Assembly (NCBI RefSeq): GCF_009834535.1
Contig: NC_045697.1
Span: 40,426,001 to 40,490,000, forward strand
Length of the DNA: 64,000 bases
Direction of reading: 5' to 3'
Source of the DNA: Camelus ferus
Lineage: Eukaryota
In this document: in pieces, positions 27,778 through 38,370 of the stretch
Layout of the letters: every line of letters starts with the position of its first letter
Position numbering within the stretch: the stretch's first letter is position 1
Made by a program: the position numbers and the translations under genes
The notes under the pieces: model-generated
What the model was told of the DNA's origin: nothing
Databases searched by the model: none
What the model saw: the letters and a program-made list of their open reading frames with translations, nothing else

Positions 27778-29770
27778 CGTTTTTTTTAAAGTACATACTA
27801 TGTTAGAAGGTGACAAATTCTGCACCAAAAAAACAGAAAGGAAAGAAAATGACTGAGAGGCTCTTGGGTTCTTTATATGCCGGTGACAACTACAGAATAT
27901 AGCATTTCCTTTGCTTATATTTCAAACAGATAAGGCCATACTCACATATTCATGAATGTTACTTCAATGCTTAAAATTTTCATTGGCTCATCATCGAACT
28001 GAAATGGAATCCAGGCTTTTGGATTTTAAATTGGAACAATTAGCATAGCTTGTCTGTGCTTCATTTGCTCTTCTTTATCTTTCATGTGTTTTTAAAGAGG
28101 TAGAGTTTGTGATGTCTGTCTTAAAGATGTTTGTGATATCTCATCTATAATACATGAGAACCTGATGCCAGGAAGGTACATCATAAAAATGAAGTCTGTT
28201 CTCCTTAATCTGGTGCTCAGAGGCCTTCACCTTAGATCCCAACCCACTTTTCCAATCTCTTGTCTTATCACTTCCCTTCCCTCTTCCTCTCTTCCAAATG
28301 CTTTGGTGAGACTGGGTTTTTAATATCATAGCTTAACATGCTATAAACAGCTCTCTATATTTACTTCTCTGTTCCCTCTGCCTGGAATGTGCTTGTCTCC
28401 TTTTTTTCTTATTCACTCTCCAAGGTCCACCCACGTTGACCCAGTACACCTCCACTCCCTAAACAGATGAATTGCTCCCCCCATGTGTACCCATAGAACT
28501 TTAATTAGAGCCCTAGCACTGCTCTAGCCATCAGCACAGTGGATACATCTTTGATTCTGCCATAGATGATGAGCTTCTTAAGGGCAGAAATCACATCTCA
28601 TTCATCCTTGTATATCCCAGATGCCTGGATCATAAGATGTGCTCCATAAATGTCTGAATGAGTCAATGGGGAAATGCTAAGAGTTGGAAACCACCGATTT
28701 GTATTTGTTTGGGAGTCACAGAACTAAGAGGAGTAAAGTAAGATTGTCATTAAGGAGCTAAATTTTAAGGTCTACATAGATATGCAAAATCATCTGCAGG
28801 AGACAGAATGGCTCCCAGACCAGCAGGACTCCATGACAACCAGTTTGACTGTACTATTCTATATAAAGAAAGTATGAGCCATTTAAAGAAGAGTGGATTC
28901 GCTCTAATAAGCTTAGATAAATAAAGGTCACTGGGGCAAGACTTGATTATGGCCCTTTTGAGCACTTTCCAGGAATGAGAGTCTGAGCATGGACAGTTCT
29001 CCTCAGAAGAAGCTGGGGGTTGGTGGGATCCTGTCAGTTAATAAAGCTGGATAATTAATCCAAACAGCCAGAAGACCCAAATGTAGGTATGCAGATGGGC
29101 TACGTCAGAATCTCCCGGGATCATTTTGAAAATACAAAACTTGGGGTTTTATTCCTTATCTACTGAATTAAAATCTCCAAAGGAAGGAATAGAAAACTAT
29201 ATATATTTTATCTCCCCTAGTGACCACACCTTTGACCTTGTGAGGGACAGAGCTATGTGAAGGATAGGAAGGCTCAGACTGAAGAAAGTCTTAATTCTCT
29301 TAATGTATTTGTAGGGGAATTTTGGTGTGCTCTACTGGCATTGTTGTGAAAGCACGTTTGAAAAGTGGAAGTGCTGAGGTAAAGTAGTTTCCTTCAAAGA
29401 AATAAAATATAGGGAATGTGTATCCCTGTAGTTCCCGGGGTTTACACGAATGACAGTCTGAGAGACCAGCAAGAGCTACTTGGCATGGCTTTATACAAAA
29501 GCTGAGTTTGCTTCCTTTGCATCCTTACCTATAACAGGTCTATTTAGTGAAATGTCATCGTCAACAGGTAAAGTAATTGTATCAAAATTCTACCTGAGTT
29601 ATAAACAAAATGAAAATTTCAGGAAACAATTTAAGACAATCTTTTGTCTTAATGGGACAAAGCTAATAAATTATTATACCATGTTTAAAAGGAAGAGTTG
29701 TTTAATATAAATATATCTTAATAATCAACATCACTTTAAAAATAAGCACATACTTCTGGATGTTATTATG

Positions 29771-29776
29771 TTTATT
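29771..29776 (-). terminator. DMP1: Probable DMP1 polyadenylation signal AATAAA (3' UTR ~1 kb)
   Basis: tttatt on plus, ~1.0 kb past the stop. A second AATAAA lies at 30142..30147. Confidence 0.6.
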
Positions 29777-30199
29777 ACAAAACAAATATTTTATGTTGAG
29801 GTAACATTTCAAAGAGTGTTTTGTAAAAATCATTTGAATTCTATACACACAATTTTGCTATGTGCAACACAGGTGAAGGACTCAGAATAGTTTTTGTAAC
29901 ATTGCACATAGGCTGATTTTAGAAAAAAATTAAGCTAAAAGTTGTTGATTTAAAGAGGAATTTCTTTTTTCTGTTCTCCCCCACCCACCCTCCGTATCCT
30001 CACCAGTGGTCAGGGAGGAGACATTCATGGGAGTTCCACCAAATATATCGAAAAGGATAAATTAGTTGGAAAAAAAAAAGTTTTTCTTATCCAAAACAAC
30101 TCTCAGTGTCATAATCTGAAAACCCTTTCACACACTAAATATTTATTCATATAGGATTTTCTATTGCTTATACCAAGAGTAAGTAGAACTATCTGGTCT

Positions 30200-30510
30200 T
30201 AAATGGAGAAATGCTATGCAATACTCTTCTGCCAGTGTCTTTTCTGCTGTGAAGGCCTCTTTGATTCTCCAAGGCGAAGGTGGTCCCCTCTTCTGTGCTC
30301 GCGTATGTTTTGTTCACGTCTCTGTGATAGCGCTCACTGCACTGGATTGTAATAATTCTTCTTTTCCTCATCTGTGTCCCTCTTTAACTTTATGTATCCC
30401 TCTGTAAGCTCCTCAGGAGCAAGAAACAAGTCTTAAATTTTATATCCCCAGCACCTAGCACAGTGCCTGGTACATAATAGAACCTCAATCACTGTTTGTT
30501 AGGTTAACGA
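30200..30510 (+). mobile_element. L2 3' fragment inside the DMP1 3' UTR (antisense)
   Basis: ctgtaagctcctcaggagcaag...tatatccccagcacctagcacagtgcctggtacataatagaacctcaat. Confidence 0.7.
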
Positions 30511-30781
30511 GTTTGGAACGACTGTGAAGCTGTGACGCTACAATGTACATCTTTCCTTGCTTCTAGTCTCATTGAGTGTGATCTAGTGTCACTCCCCGTT
30601 ATGTAAACCTCTGTGGCTTGGCACCCTAGAAACAAGTATAGTGTTCAACATTTCCTTACAGAAAGAAATGGCCTCTGGTTATTCTTCTGATGAAAACATC
30701 AATAAATTACAGTTATAATGATTTCCCTCGTCTCCAATCCCTAGGACTTCAGCAGGTGAGAACCACTCAGGAAAGCCGATG

Positions 30782-32158
30782 CTAATAACCGTCTTGGCAG
30801 TCGTTGTCATCTTGATCCCCGATGGGTTTGTTGTGATAAGCATCCACTGTTAGTTTTCTGCTGTCTATCTCAGTGGTTTTTGACTGGCCGTCTTCCTCAC
30901 TGCTTGACATGCTCTCAGTAGAATTGCTCTCTTCTTGGGATATGCTGCTGTCCTGAGAATCACTGCCATCGTCCTCCTCAGATGGGCTGTCCTGCTCGGA
31001 CTGGCTCTCCCGGCTCTTGGTCTCTGCTGAGGCACTGTCAGACTGGAGGCCCTCCTGGCTAGAACTGTTCTCCTCTTCCGTGGTCTCCGGGCTTTCCTTG
31101 GAGTTGAGGCTCTCATTGGATTCGCTGTCAGCTTGCTCCTCTCTGGATTTGCTTTCTGAATTGGAGGGTTTATCCAAGCTGTTCTCCTCACTGGAGTCAC
31201 TCTCTTCCTGATTCTCTTCTGAGGCACTGGTGATGTTATCAGGATTGTCCCCCCTGGGCTCACCTGCTACCTCTTCCTGAGATTCACTACTGCTTTCTTG
31301 AGAAGGCAGGTCAACCTCTTGACTAGACTCACTGCTGGGATCTTGGACATTCTGACTGTCTTCCGGGGACCGATTCTCCTCGCTCTCCTGTTTGTCACTC
31401 TTGCTGTGTTCCCTGGTTTGGCTGAGGCCAGCTTCTTTGGAGTCGGGGTTTTCTGTGGAGTCACTCTGGACTTCTTCCATAGTGTAGTTATCATCCAGGT
31501 CACCTCTGCCACCTTCCTCAGAAATGCGAGACTTTCTGAAAAATTTCCTACTGGGAGACTCCCGGGATTGGCTGTCATGGGTGTCCTGCGTGTTTGCTTG
31601 CTCCTCATCATTCTCTTTCAATTCTTTAGATTTGACACTGGCACTGTTTATTCTGGAGCTGCTCCTCTCACTCCTGAAGGTGCCTGGGTCATCGCTCTGC
31701 ATTCCTTCATCGTCAAACTCAGAGCCATCCCCATGGCTACTCTCCCCCTCACTGCCACCTCCCACCCAGTGCTCCTCACTCTCGCTCTCTGGTGTGGAGT
31801 CACCTCCCTCAGGCCTGCTGTTCACCTCGCCTTCGTCGTCAAGGTCCCTGCTCTCGCTGGTGGTATCTTGGGCACTGTCTTCCCCTTGTGGGGCACTATC
31901 TTCCCTGGATTGTGTGGTGTCAGCTGAGTCTTCATCACTTCCAAGTCTGGAGTCCCCACCTTGTCTCTCTGCAGGGCCTGGGCCACTGTCATCATCACCA
32001 AAGGTGTCATCTCCACTCTCATCTTCATCATCATCTTTATCATCTCCTTCTTTTCCTCCACTACTAGAGAGGCCACCAGCTGGTCTATGAATGTACTGAT
32101 GATCATCAAGGCTCAGGCCTTCCTCTGATTCTGTGCTGTCACTGGGGTCTTCATTTGC
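30782..32158 (-). CDS. DMP1: DMP1 exon 6 coding part (acidic S/D/E-rich body); the full protein is 519 aa from the canonical ATG
   Basis: Acceptor ctccAG|GCAAATGAAGAC (ANEDPSDS), 1377 nt to TAG. GAG-attachment SG at 32012..32017, BMP1 site MQS|DDP at 31685..31702, RGD at 31247..31255, and the conserved C-terminus LTVDAYHNKPIGDQDDNDCQDGY. Confidence 0.98.
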   Translation of the reverse strand, partial: ANEDPSDSTESEEGLSLDDHQYIHRPAGGLSSSGGKEGDDKDDDEDESGDDTFGDDDSGPGPAERQGGDSRLGSDEDSADTTQSREDSAPQGEDSAQDTTSESRDLDDEGEVNSRPEGGDSTPESESEEHWVGGGSEGESSHGDGSEFDDEGMQSDDPGTFRSERSSSRINSASVKSKELKENDEEQANTQDTHDSQSRESPSRKFFRKSRISEEGGRGDLDDNYTMEEVQSDSTENPDSKEAGLSQTREHSKSDKQESEENRSPEDSQNVQDPSSESSQEVDLPSQESSSESQEEVAGEPRGDNPDNITSASEENQEESDSSEENSLDKPSNSESKSREEQADSESNESLNSKESPETTEEENSSSQEGLQSDSASAETKSRESQSEQDSPSEEDDGSDSQDSSISQEESNSTESMSSSEEDGQSKTTEIDSRKLTVDAYHNKPIGDQDDNDCQDGY

Positions 32159-32935
32159 CTGGAGTTTGGGGTTAACAGACATGGTCAGTACTCCAGGAGT
32201 TGATGCAGAGGGTGTCATCTAATGCCATCTAGGCTTTTTTTGCTTTCTTCTTCCTATGTCCTTCATCTATATCATGGTCAATTTTATGGCTCAATAATAT
32301 CTCAAGCAGATGTTTAAAAAGGATGGAAGAGAAGTGGAAAGTCAGGTCATTCTATTTTATATAATTCATTCAATCTGTAAAATTGTTCTCAAAAAAGCTT
32401 TATAGAAATCACATTTTTTGGAAACTCAAGTCACATTGTAAGTATGATTCCTTAAAGGAAACTTTCAGAGAATGTTTTGTAAATTAAAGAGCTTGTTTAT
32501 AATGCTCACTCATCAAATTGTTTGGTTGAAGACAGAAGTTTTAAAAAATATTGGGTGATTTTTAAGTGACTCAAAATTTTTTTTCTAATAAACTCTGGAG
32601 GAAAAAAATGTATTTGGGTAGAAGGATGAAACTTTTAGCTAAAATGAAAGTATAACACATATACTCAAACAAAGGTACATATACTCAGATATATATCTCA
32701 ACCAAACCATGAAGTTATAACACTGTAGTAAGGTGTATACCTCATTCGCACAGGCAGAGAGTTGCCTGTAAAAGGTTTGGCTGAAAGACTGCCACTAGTG
32801 TGACCACCAAGGCAGCTTAGTTCCGAGTGTGAGCTCAGAGAGATGATCCCTGCAAATAAAACAATTGGATGCTCTACTCAGATAAGGAAGGATAGTGAGC
32901 CTTCATTCATTATGCTCTGGAAATACCTCTTCCAT

Positions 32936-32988
32936 ACCCTGTAACAGAACATTCTTGCCAACCCTGTAACAGAACATTCTTGCCAACC
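32936..32988. repeat. Perfect 25-bp tandem duplication in DMP1 intron 5
   Basis: accctgtaacagaacattcttgcca x2, followed by acc. Confidence 0.95.
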
Positions 32989-34083
32989 TTATTTTTCTTT
33001 TCCCACATGTTCTTACTCATCAATGTGTGAGTTTCCAATCGGGAGAACAGGGTGATGACACCTTTTTCCATTGCTAGAGTGTACGCTGATACACTGGAGC
33101 TGAGCATCTATTTAGCTTTCTACATCTCCATAGGCAGGTATCATACCCTTCATTTGAGAGCTTAGAGAACAATCACAATGTCCCCAGAAAAGAACATTTC
33201 CCCAGTCCTATGCTAATAAATTTATAAAATGTTCCTCTGACAAATCTTTACTCAATAGTGGTAAAGAGTTTAATAATTCATCTTCCAACTCTGATTAAGT
33301 ATAAAATGCAATGTGGGTCAAAATTGCAGGGGAGAAACCTCATTCCTAGAATGTCTGGAGCCCCACAGGGTTGAGTTTGATCAAAATGATAGGACAGCTA
33401 TGAAAGCAATGATGTTTAGTCTCAGAAAAATGAAAAGAAGAAGGAGAAGAAGGAAGAGGAGGAGGAGAAGGGGGAGGGGTGGGGAGGGGAGAATGGAGAG
33501 AAAAAGATAAAAGGAAGAAAGTAAGTTTTTTTCACTAAAGGAACATAAGCCAAGTCAGCTTTTCCTGCTCGCAGGCCATAGATGTGACTAATTTAAAGTC
33601 ATTACTAAGACCGCTGTCTCATTAAGGGTTCCTCAGGGCTCTCCTCCAACAGGATCCTGGGCATGGAGAAGGTCTCCAGGCCCAGCAGGTATTTCGCATT
33701 AACCAGAACACTTTTTTCTACCTGATCTGAGCTGCTCCAGTTGTAAAAGCAACATCTGAGATGTATGAGTGAGCTATTACTTGTCTAACAGAGGCTATGA
33801 CCATTTGTGTGTGTGTGTGTGTATGTGTGTTCTTTTTAACCAGAGGGACATTTAGAGCCACTATGTCTATAATCTGGCCCCAGTGATAAATATGGAATGA
33901 ATAGAACGTCCACATCTGAATTCTCCCACTCATTTTCCTTTCTTATTTTATGGAACTATTTAACCAGCATAACCAAAGTTTAGAAAATATTATATTTAGA
34001 ACGGTTGCCAGGTAATTTAATCTAACATCATTTCCTTCAATTCCTAAGGAGCCTGGAAAGTTAAGAAAGGTCGGTTTAATTAC

Positions 34084-34131
34084 CTGTTCCTCTGAGCTAA
34101 CTTTACTTTCTTCTGATGACTCACTGCTCTC
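34084..34131 (-). CDS. DMP1: DMP1 exon 5 (ESSESSEESKVSSEEQ)
   Basis: 48 nt, phase 0, ttttAG and GTAATT boundaries, with SSEE motifs. Confidence 0.95.
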
Positions 34132-34318
34132 CTAAAAAGAAAAAAAAAAATGTTGTTTATTTTTCATGTTAGTAATTCCTGAAGAAAGAAAAAAAATATG
34201 ACACACTTCAATCACTTGTGGTTTGGATTTACTACTTTCCAAATGGTCTAAGACGATGAGAAGAATGTTAAAATTACTCCATGAGATGTTTATGACAAAA
34301 AATAAATGAGATAGTTAC

Positions 34319-34351
34319 CAAAGGTGGTGTTGGTGTCTGAGCCAAATGATC
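34319..34351 (-). CDS. DMP1: DMP1 exon 4 (DHLAQTPTPPL)
   Basis: 33 nt, phase 0, ttttacAG and GTAACT boundaries. Proline-rich SIBLING exon 4. Confidence 0.95.
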
Positions 34352-35768
34352 CTGTAAAAAAGGAAGGGAAACAAGTTACTCCTTCATAGGTGGATATGTC
34401 ATTGCAAATACTTAGAATAATTTGGGGATATTTAAATTTATTGATATGTATTTTACATTTACATGAGTAATAATGATATTTTATAACAAAATGGCTAAAA
34501 CATGAATATTAGATGACCAATGGCCTGAAAAGATCTTGCAATATAAAAAAAACTGGAAGATTTTTGTATTTCCGATACTTAGAGAAAAATACACTTTCTT
34601 TGAAGAAAGATATACAACCTAGAGGAAATGTAAGATAGGAAAAACATTGGAAATTACAAATCCATATTTAAGTCTCAATTAGCTCCTTGGCTTGGATTTT
34701 AGCCCTGAAAGCTGTCTTGATGTTAGCATTAAAATTCCTGTGTTCCTGGAAACCTCTAAGTCTCAGGTAAACTGTGATGGTTGGCCACTTGATGTGAATT
34801 TGGACAATTCACTTCCCCCACCTGATGTCAGTTTCTTATTCATAAAAAGAATATTACCAACCATTGTGCTTATCCCACATGGTTGCTGTGAGGATAAAAT
34901 TGGCTAATGCTTATGGAAGCATCTCAAGGACTATTCAATATGATATAAGCTAAAGCAAAGATCCATTTTGAGAATATCCAATGTATAAAATTCAATAGTA
35001 GACAAAACTGAATTGAAAAAGCCATTAAACCTTTCTCGAGTCACATAAGCTCACCAAAATAACAAATGCTAGATCTGAAACTTAATTAGCCATAGTTCTG
35101 ATTTATTTTACATTCTTTAATCTTATAAAAACTCTAAGAATGCCTGAGCCACCTCTAGCACTCTCTCCCCATCTGCCCGCCCCCTTCCCCTTGAGCATGA
35201 CAAAATCCCCAACTCCCAGGTGACTCAAAGCCACTGAGCAATGGGTGTGAAGGCCCACGGTGCAAAGTAGAGCAGAGAGGAGCTGCTGTCAGCATGTCTT
35301 CCACGAGCTGCTCAGCAATGCTGGGCTGGGAATATTTCCTCAGAGGAAGGAGCTGGAATCACTGGAAGTCTTTGCCTGTGACATGGCAGCAGGCACAATG
35401 ACAGGCTCTACTCCAGTCAGTTATCATTTGGAATTCAGGGGTAGAAGGGAGCAAGACATTGGTATTTTTCTCGTGCCAAGGATAGACTTGAGAAAGCACG
35501 TTTGTGGTCCTCAGGCTGAATGAGAGAGAGGATCCACGGTGGCTGCTTTTAAATCAAGCAGCCTAAGGACACTCTTGATGAAAGTGCATGTAAGAAATCC
35601 TGCAATGCCTAGTCCAGCCTCAGGCGGGGGCAGGACCCCATCTCAGGCCTCTGACATCTGGCCACCACTAGTAGCATTGTGCCCAAGCTGTATCATATGA
35701 AAAGCCAACAGGAAACAAGGTAATGAAAAACACTCCGATTCAGGTTAGGACTCTAACACTTACTCGTA

Positions 35769-36084
35769 CAGTCAGCCCTTCGTATCTGGGTTCCACATCC
35801 ACGGAGTCAACTAACCTCAGATCAAAAATATTTAAAAAAACAAAAAACCTCCAGAAGGTTCAAATAATAAAACTTGAATTTGCTGCACTCTGGCAACTAT
35901 TTACATCGCATTTACATGTATTAGGTATTGTAAATAATCTAGAGATGATTTAAAGTATACATGAAGATGTACACAGGTTACATGCACATATTATGCCATT
36001 TTAATATAAGGGACTTGAGCATCCATGGATTTTGGTACTCATGAGAGTCCTGGAACTAATCTCCTGTATACAGAGTGATGACTA
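35769..36084. mobile_element. TcMar-Tigger non-autonomous element (Tigger4/MER46-like)
   Basis: TA|cagtcagcccttcgtatctgggttccacatccacgg...gactA|TA, showing terminal inverted repeats and a TA target duplication. Confidence 0.8.
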
Positions 36085-36298
36085 TAGTTCCAGTCTTGAG
36101 AACCTACTGACCTCCTAGACCTGGCCCCTTCCTAAGAGGGATATAACACCCTGGTAAAGAATATGAACTCTGGAGCCAGAGTGCCCTGGGCCCAAAATCT
36201 GGCTCTAACACTAATTAACCATATAACCTAGACAGGCTAGGTTACTCTCTGTGTCTCAGAGTTCTCATTTGTAAAATGGGAATAAAATACAACACCTA

Positions 36299-36429
36299 AG
36301 AGGGTAGGGTATAGCCCAGTGGTTGAGTGCATGCTTAGCATGCATGAGGTCCTGGGATCAATTCCCAGTACTCCATTAAAAATATAAATAAATAAACATA
36401 AACATAATTGCCTCCCCTGCCAAATAAAT
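36299..36429 (+). mobile_element. Camelid-type tRNA-derived SINE inserted into a MIR (MIR ~36150..36540)
   Basis: gggtatagcccagtggttgagtgcatgcttagcatgcatgaggtcctgggatcaattcccagtactcca (A/B-box-like) plus an A-rich tail. TSD aaatacaacaccta (36285..36298) and aaataaaacaccta (36430..36443). Confidence 0.88.
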
Positions 36430-36970
36430 AAATAAAACACCTATTTCCCTGGGGTACTGTGAAGACTGAGAAAGTTAATACATATAAAGCTCACAGAACT
36501 GTGCCTGGCAATGGCTCTTGAGTTATTGAGAGTTGATAACTATTAGGTTATTCAGAGTCAACACTCAGTAATAGTGTCCTCTCATTCTTTCTTTTCTCAC
36601 CTTCTGGAACTTGACCTCCTGCCTACCAGCCATCGGATAGAACAGATCTCTAGTCCTAATCCTTCAAGGGTGGTCTTGGTTCACTGTCATCCATCCCCTT
36701 GCACTACTGTACAGACCCATCATGAAAATAAAGCTAAAGGGAAAAATGCTTCCTTGCCAAATTACATTATTAAGTCGGAGTGGAAGCATTATATGTACTA
36801 CATTTTCTTATAAGAACTAGAAATTATAGCCCTCACTACCAAATCTTAGGTTATGAATGTGTTCATTAAATCTTTAGTAGTTTCAACATTTGCAGTGAAT
36901 TTTCAATGAATATTAAAATTAAATGAATATTAAAATTAAAATATTTCAAAAATTCTAATTTCTAACTCAC

Positions 36971-37018
36971 CTCCCATTCTTCAGAGCTCTTGGATTCAGT
37001 ATTTTGATGCTTGGCGAC
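36971..37018 (-). CDS. DMP1: DMP1 exon 3 (VAKHQNTESKSSEEWE)
   Basis: 48 nt, phase 0, tttctAG and GTGAGT boundaries. Carries the SSEE motif (FAM20C-type S-x-E) typical of SIBLING exon 3. Confidence 0.95.
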
Positions 37019-37502
37019 CTAGAAAATTGAGTACATGTGGTCAGTCCATAAAAACCTCCAAGGCAGCAACTATTAACACTTCACATACTTAGGAGCAGTA
37101 GCAGTCAAATCTTAGCATGCGCCAGAAGCAGCTGGAGGCCTTGTTAAAACACAGACTGCTGTGCCCCATCCCTCCCTGGACAGGCTGGCTCCGCAGGTCT
37201 GAGGTTGGGCCTGAGAATTTACGTTTCTCACAAGGTCCTAGTTGATGCCAACGCTAGTCTGGGGATGACACTTTCAGGAATCTTTTGAGGAAGGAAAATG
37301 AGAATCATAGTTCTATGAATGGCAACTGAACAGGATAAGGGATAATTTGGATGATATTTTAAAGAAAAGAGCTTCCTAAGAAGCTACTATTTTCATCCAA
37401 TGAGAACATACACACACAGCCCTCTTGGCTTGTAGCCAATGAAAATTGTGGAGCTGTAGGTATAAATGGTTTTTTAAAAATACATCCTATCCTGGTACTT
37501 AC

Positions 37503-37556
37503 TGGAAGAGCACAGGACAATCCCCACAGGAACATAAGCAGGATGCTGGTCTTCAT
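37503..37556 (-). CDS. DMP1: DMP1 exon 2 coding part: signal peptide MKTSILLMFLWGLSCA plus LP (whole exon 37503..37576)
   Basis: 54 nt; acceptor acAG at 37577-37578 and donor CCA|GTAAGT. Typical DMP1 signal peptide. Confidence 0.96.
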
Positions 37557-37669
37557 AGCCGTGTACATCTCTCTACCTGTGATGAAAAACAGAAGGGGTT
37601 TTCTTCATGCTAAAGAAATATAGGAGCTTCAACTTTTTAACATTTTCTTTCCATTAAAAAAAAAAAACT

Positions 37670-38090
37670 CATCCAAATGTCTTTCAACTGATGACTGGAT
37701 AAATAAAATGTATGATACCCATACAATGGAATATTATTCAGCCACAAAAAGGAATGAAGTACCAATACATGCTACAAAGTAGAGGAACCTTAAAAACATT
37801 CTACTGAGTGAAAGAAGTTAGGTACAAAACACCATATATTGGATGATTCCATGAACATATGAAACATTCAAAAAGGCAACTCTACAGAGACAGAAAGCAA
37901 ATAAATGGGAGAGATGAGGGGTTGGGGTGACAGATAAGGGGTGAATTTTGGAGGTAATGAAAAATGTTCTAAGATGGATATTGGTGAGTGTTGTATAACT
38001 TGGTAAATATACTAAAAACCATTGAACAGTATACTTCAAGTGGGTGAAGTAGACACGTGAATTATATCTCAAAAAAGCTATTTAAAAAAA
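37670..38090 (+). mobile_element. Old L1 3' end (L1MB/MC-like) in DMP1 intron 1
   Basis: ccaaatgtctttcaactgatgactggataaataaaatg...catacaatggaatattattcagcc...aattatatctcaaaaaagct. Confidence 0.8.
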
Positions 38091-38331
38091 AACTCATTCC
38101 TAAGAGATAAATTGAAAACTTTTCAAGGAGGAGCTCTATAAACACATCTTCACTAAAACATAAACCAGGATAAATGGAGGAAAAACTAAAGAAAACAACA
38201 TAAAGAAATTTCTGACCTTTCACTTTTATAATAATTATGCAGCCCAGGGTGGCGGAACAAACTGGCAAATATCTTCTCACCAAAAACTGCATTTATTGAT
38301 ATCATTGATATGTGGTGGGCAATTGTTTTTT

Positions 38332-38370
38332 CACACACACACACACACACACAATCACACACACACACAC
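38332..38370. repeat. Interrupted (CA)n microsatellite
   Basis: A CA run with one aat interruption. Confidence 0.9.

Noticed and set aside
51..29700. Numerous 60-170 aa ORFs (e.g. 6716..7150, 12584..13012, 18551..19054, 26488..26904) or exons of IBSP
   Set aside because: No recognisable host protein motifs or exon chains, and most overlap TE relics. No IBSP-like signal peptide or poly-Glu exon was seen.
30865..32109. Overlapping ORFs (31298..31927 +, 31524..32090 +, 30865..31263 - and others)
   Set aside because: Shadow frames of the low-complexity S/E/D-rich DMP1 exon 6.
32159..32218. N-terminal MTPSASTPGVLTMSVNPKLQ of the 478-aa ORF as a real DMP1 start
   Set aside because: It is intron 5 read-through upstream of the canonical acceptor at 32159-32160. 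The true N-terminus comes from exons 2-5.
33425..33510. Poly-Arg/Gly peptide in ORF 33313..33510
   Set aside because: It is the translation of a purine-rich (GAA/GGA) low-complexity tract in intron 5.
36301..36375. tRNA gene
   Set aside because: The tRNA-like head is followed by an A-rich tail and flanked by a TSD, so it is a SINE rather than a functional tRNA.
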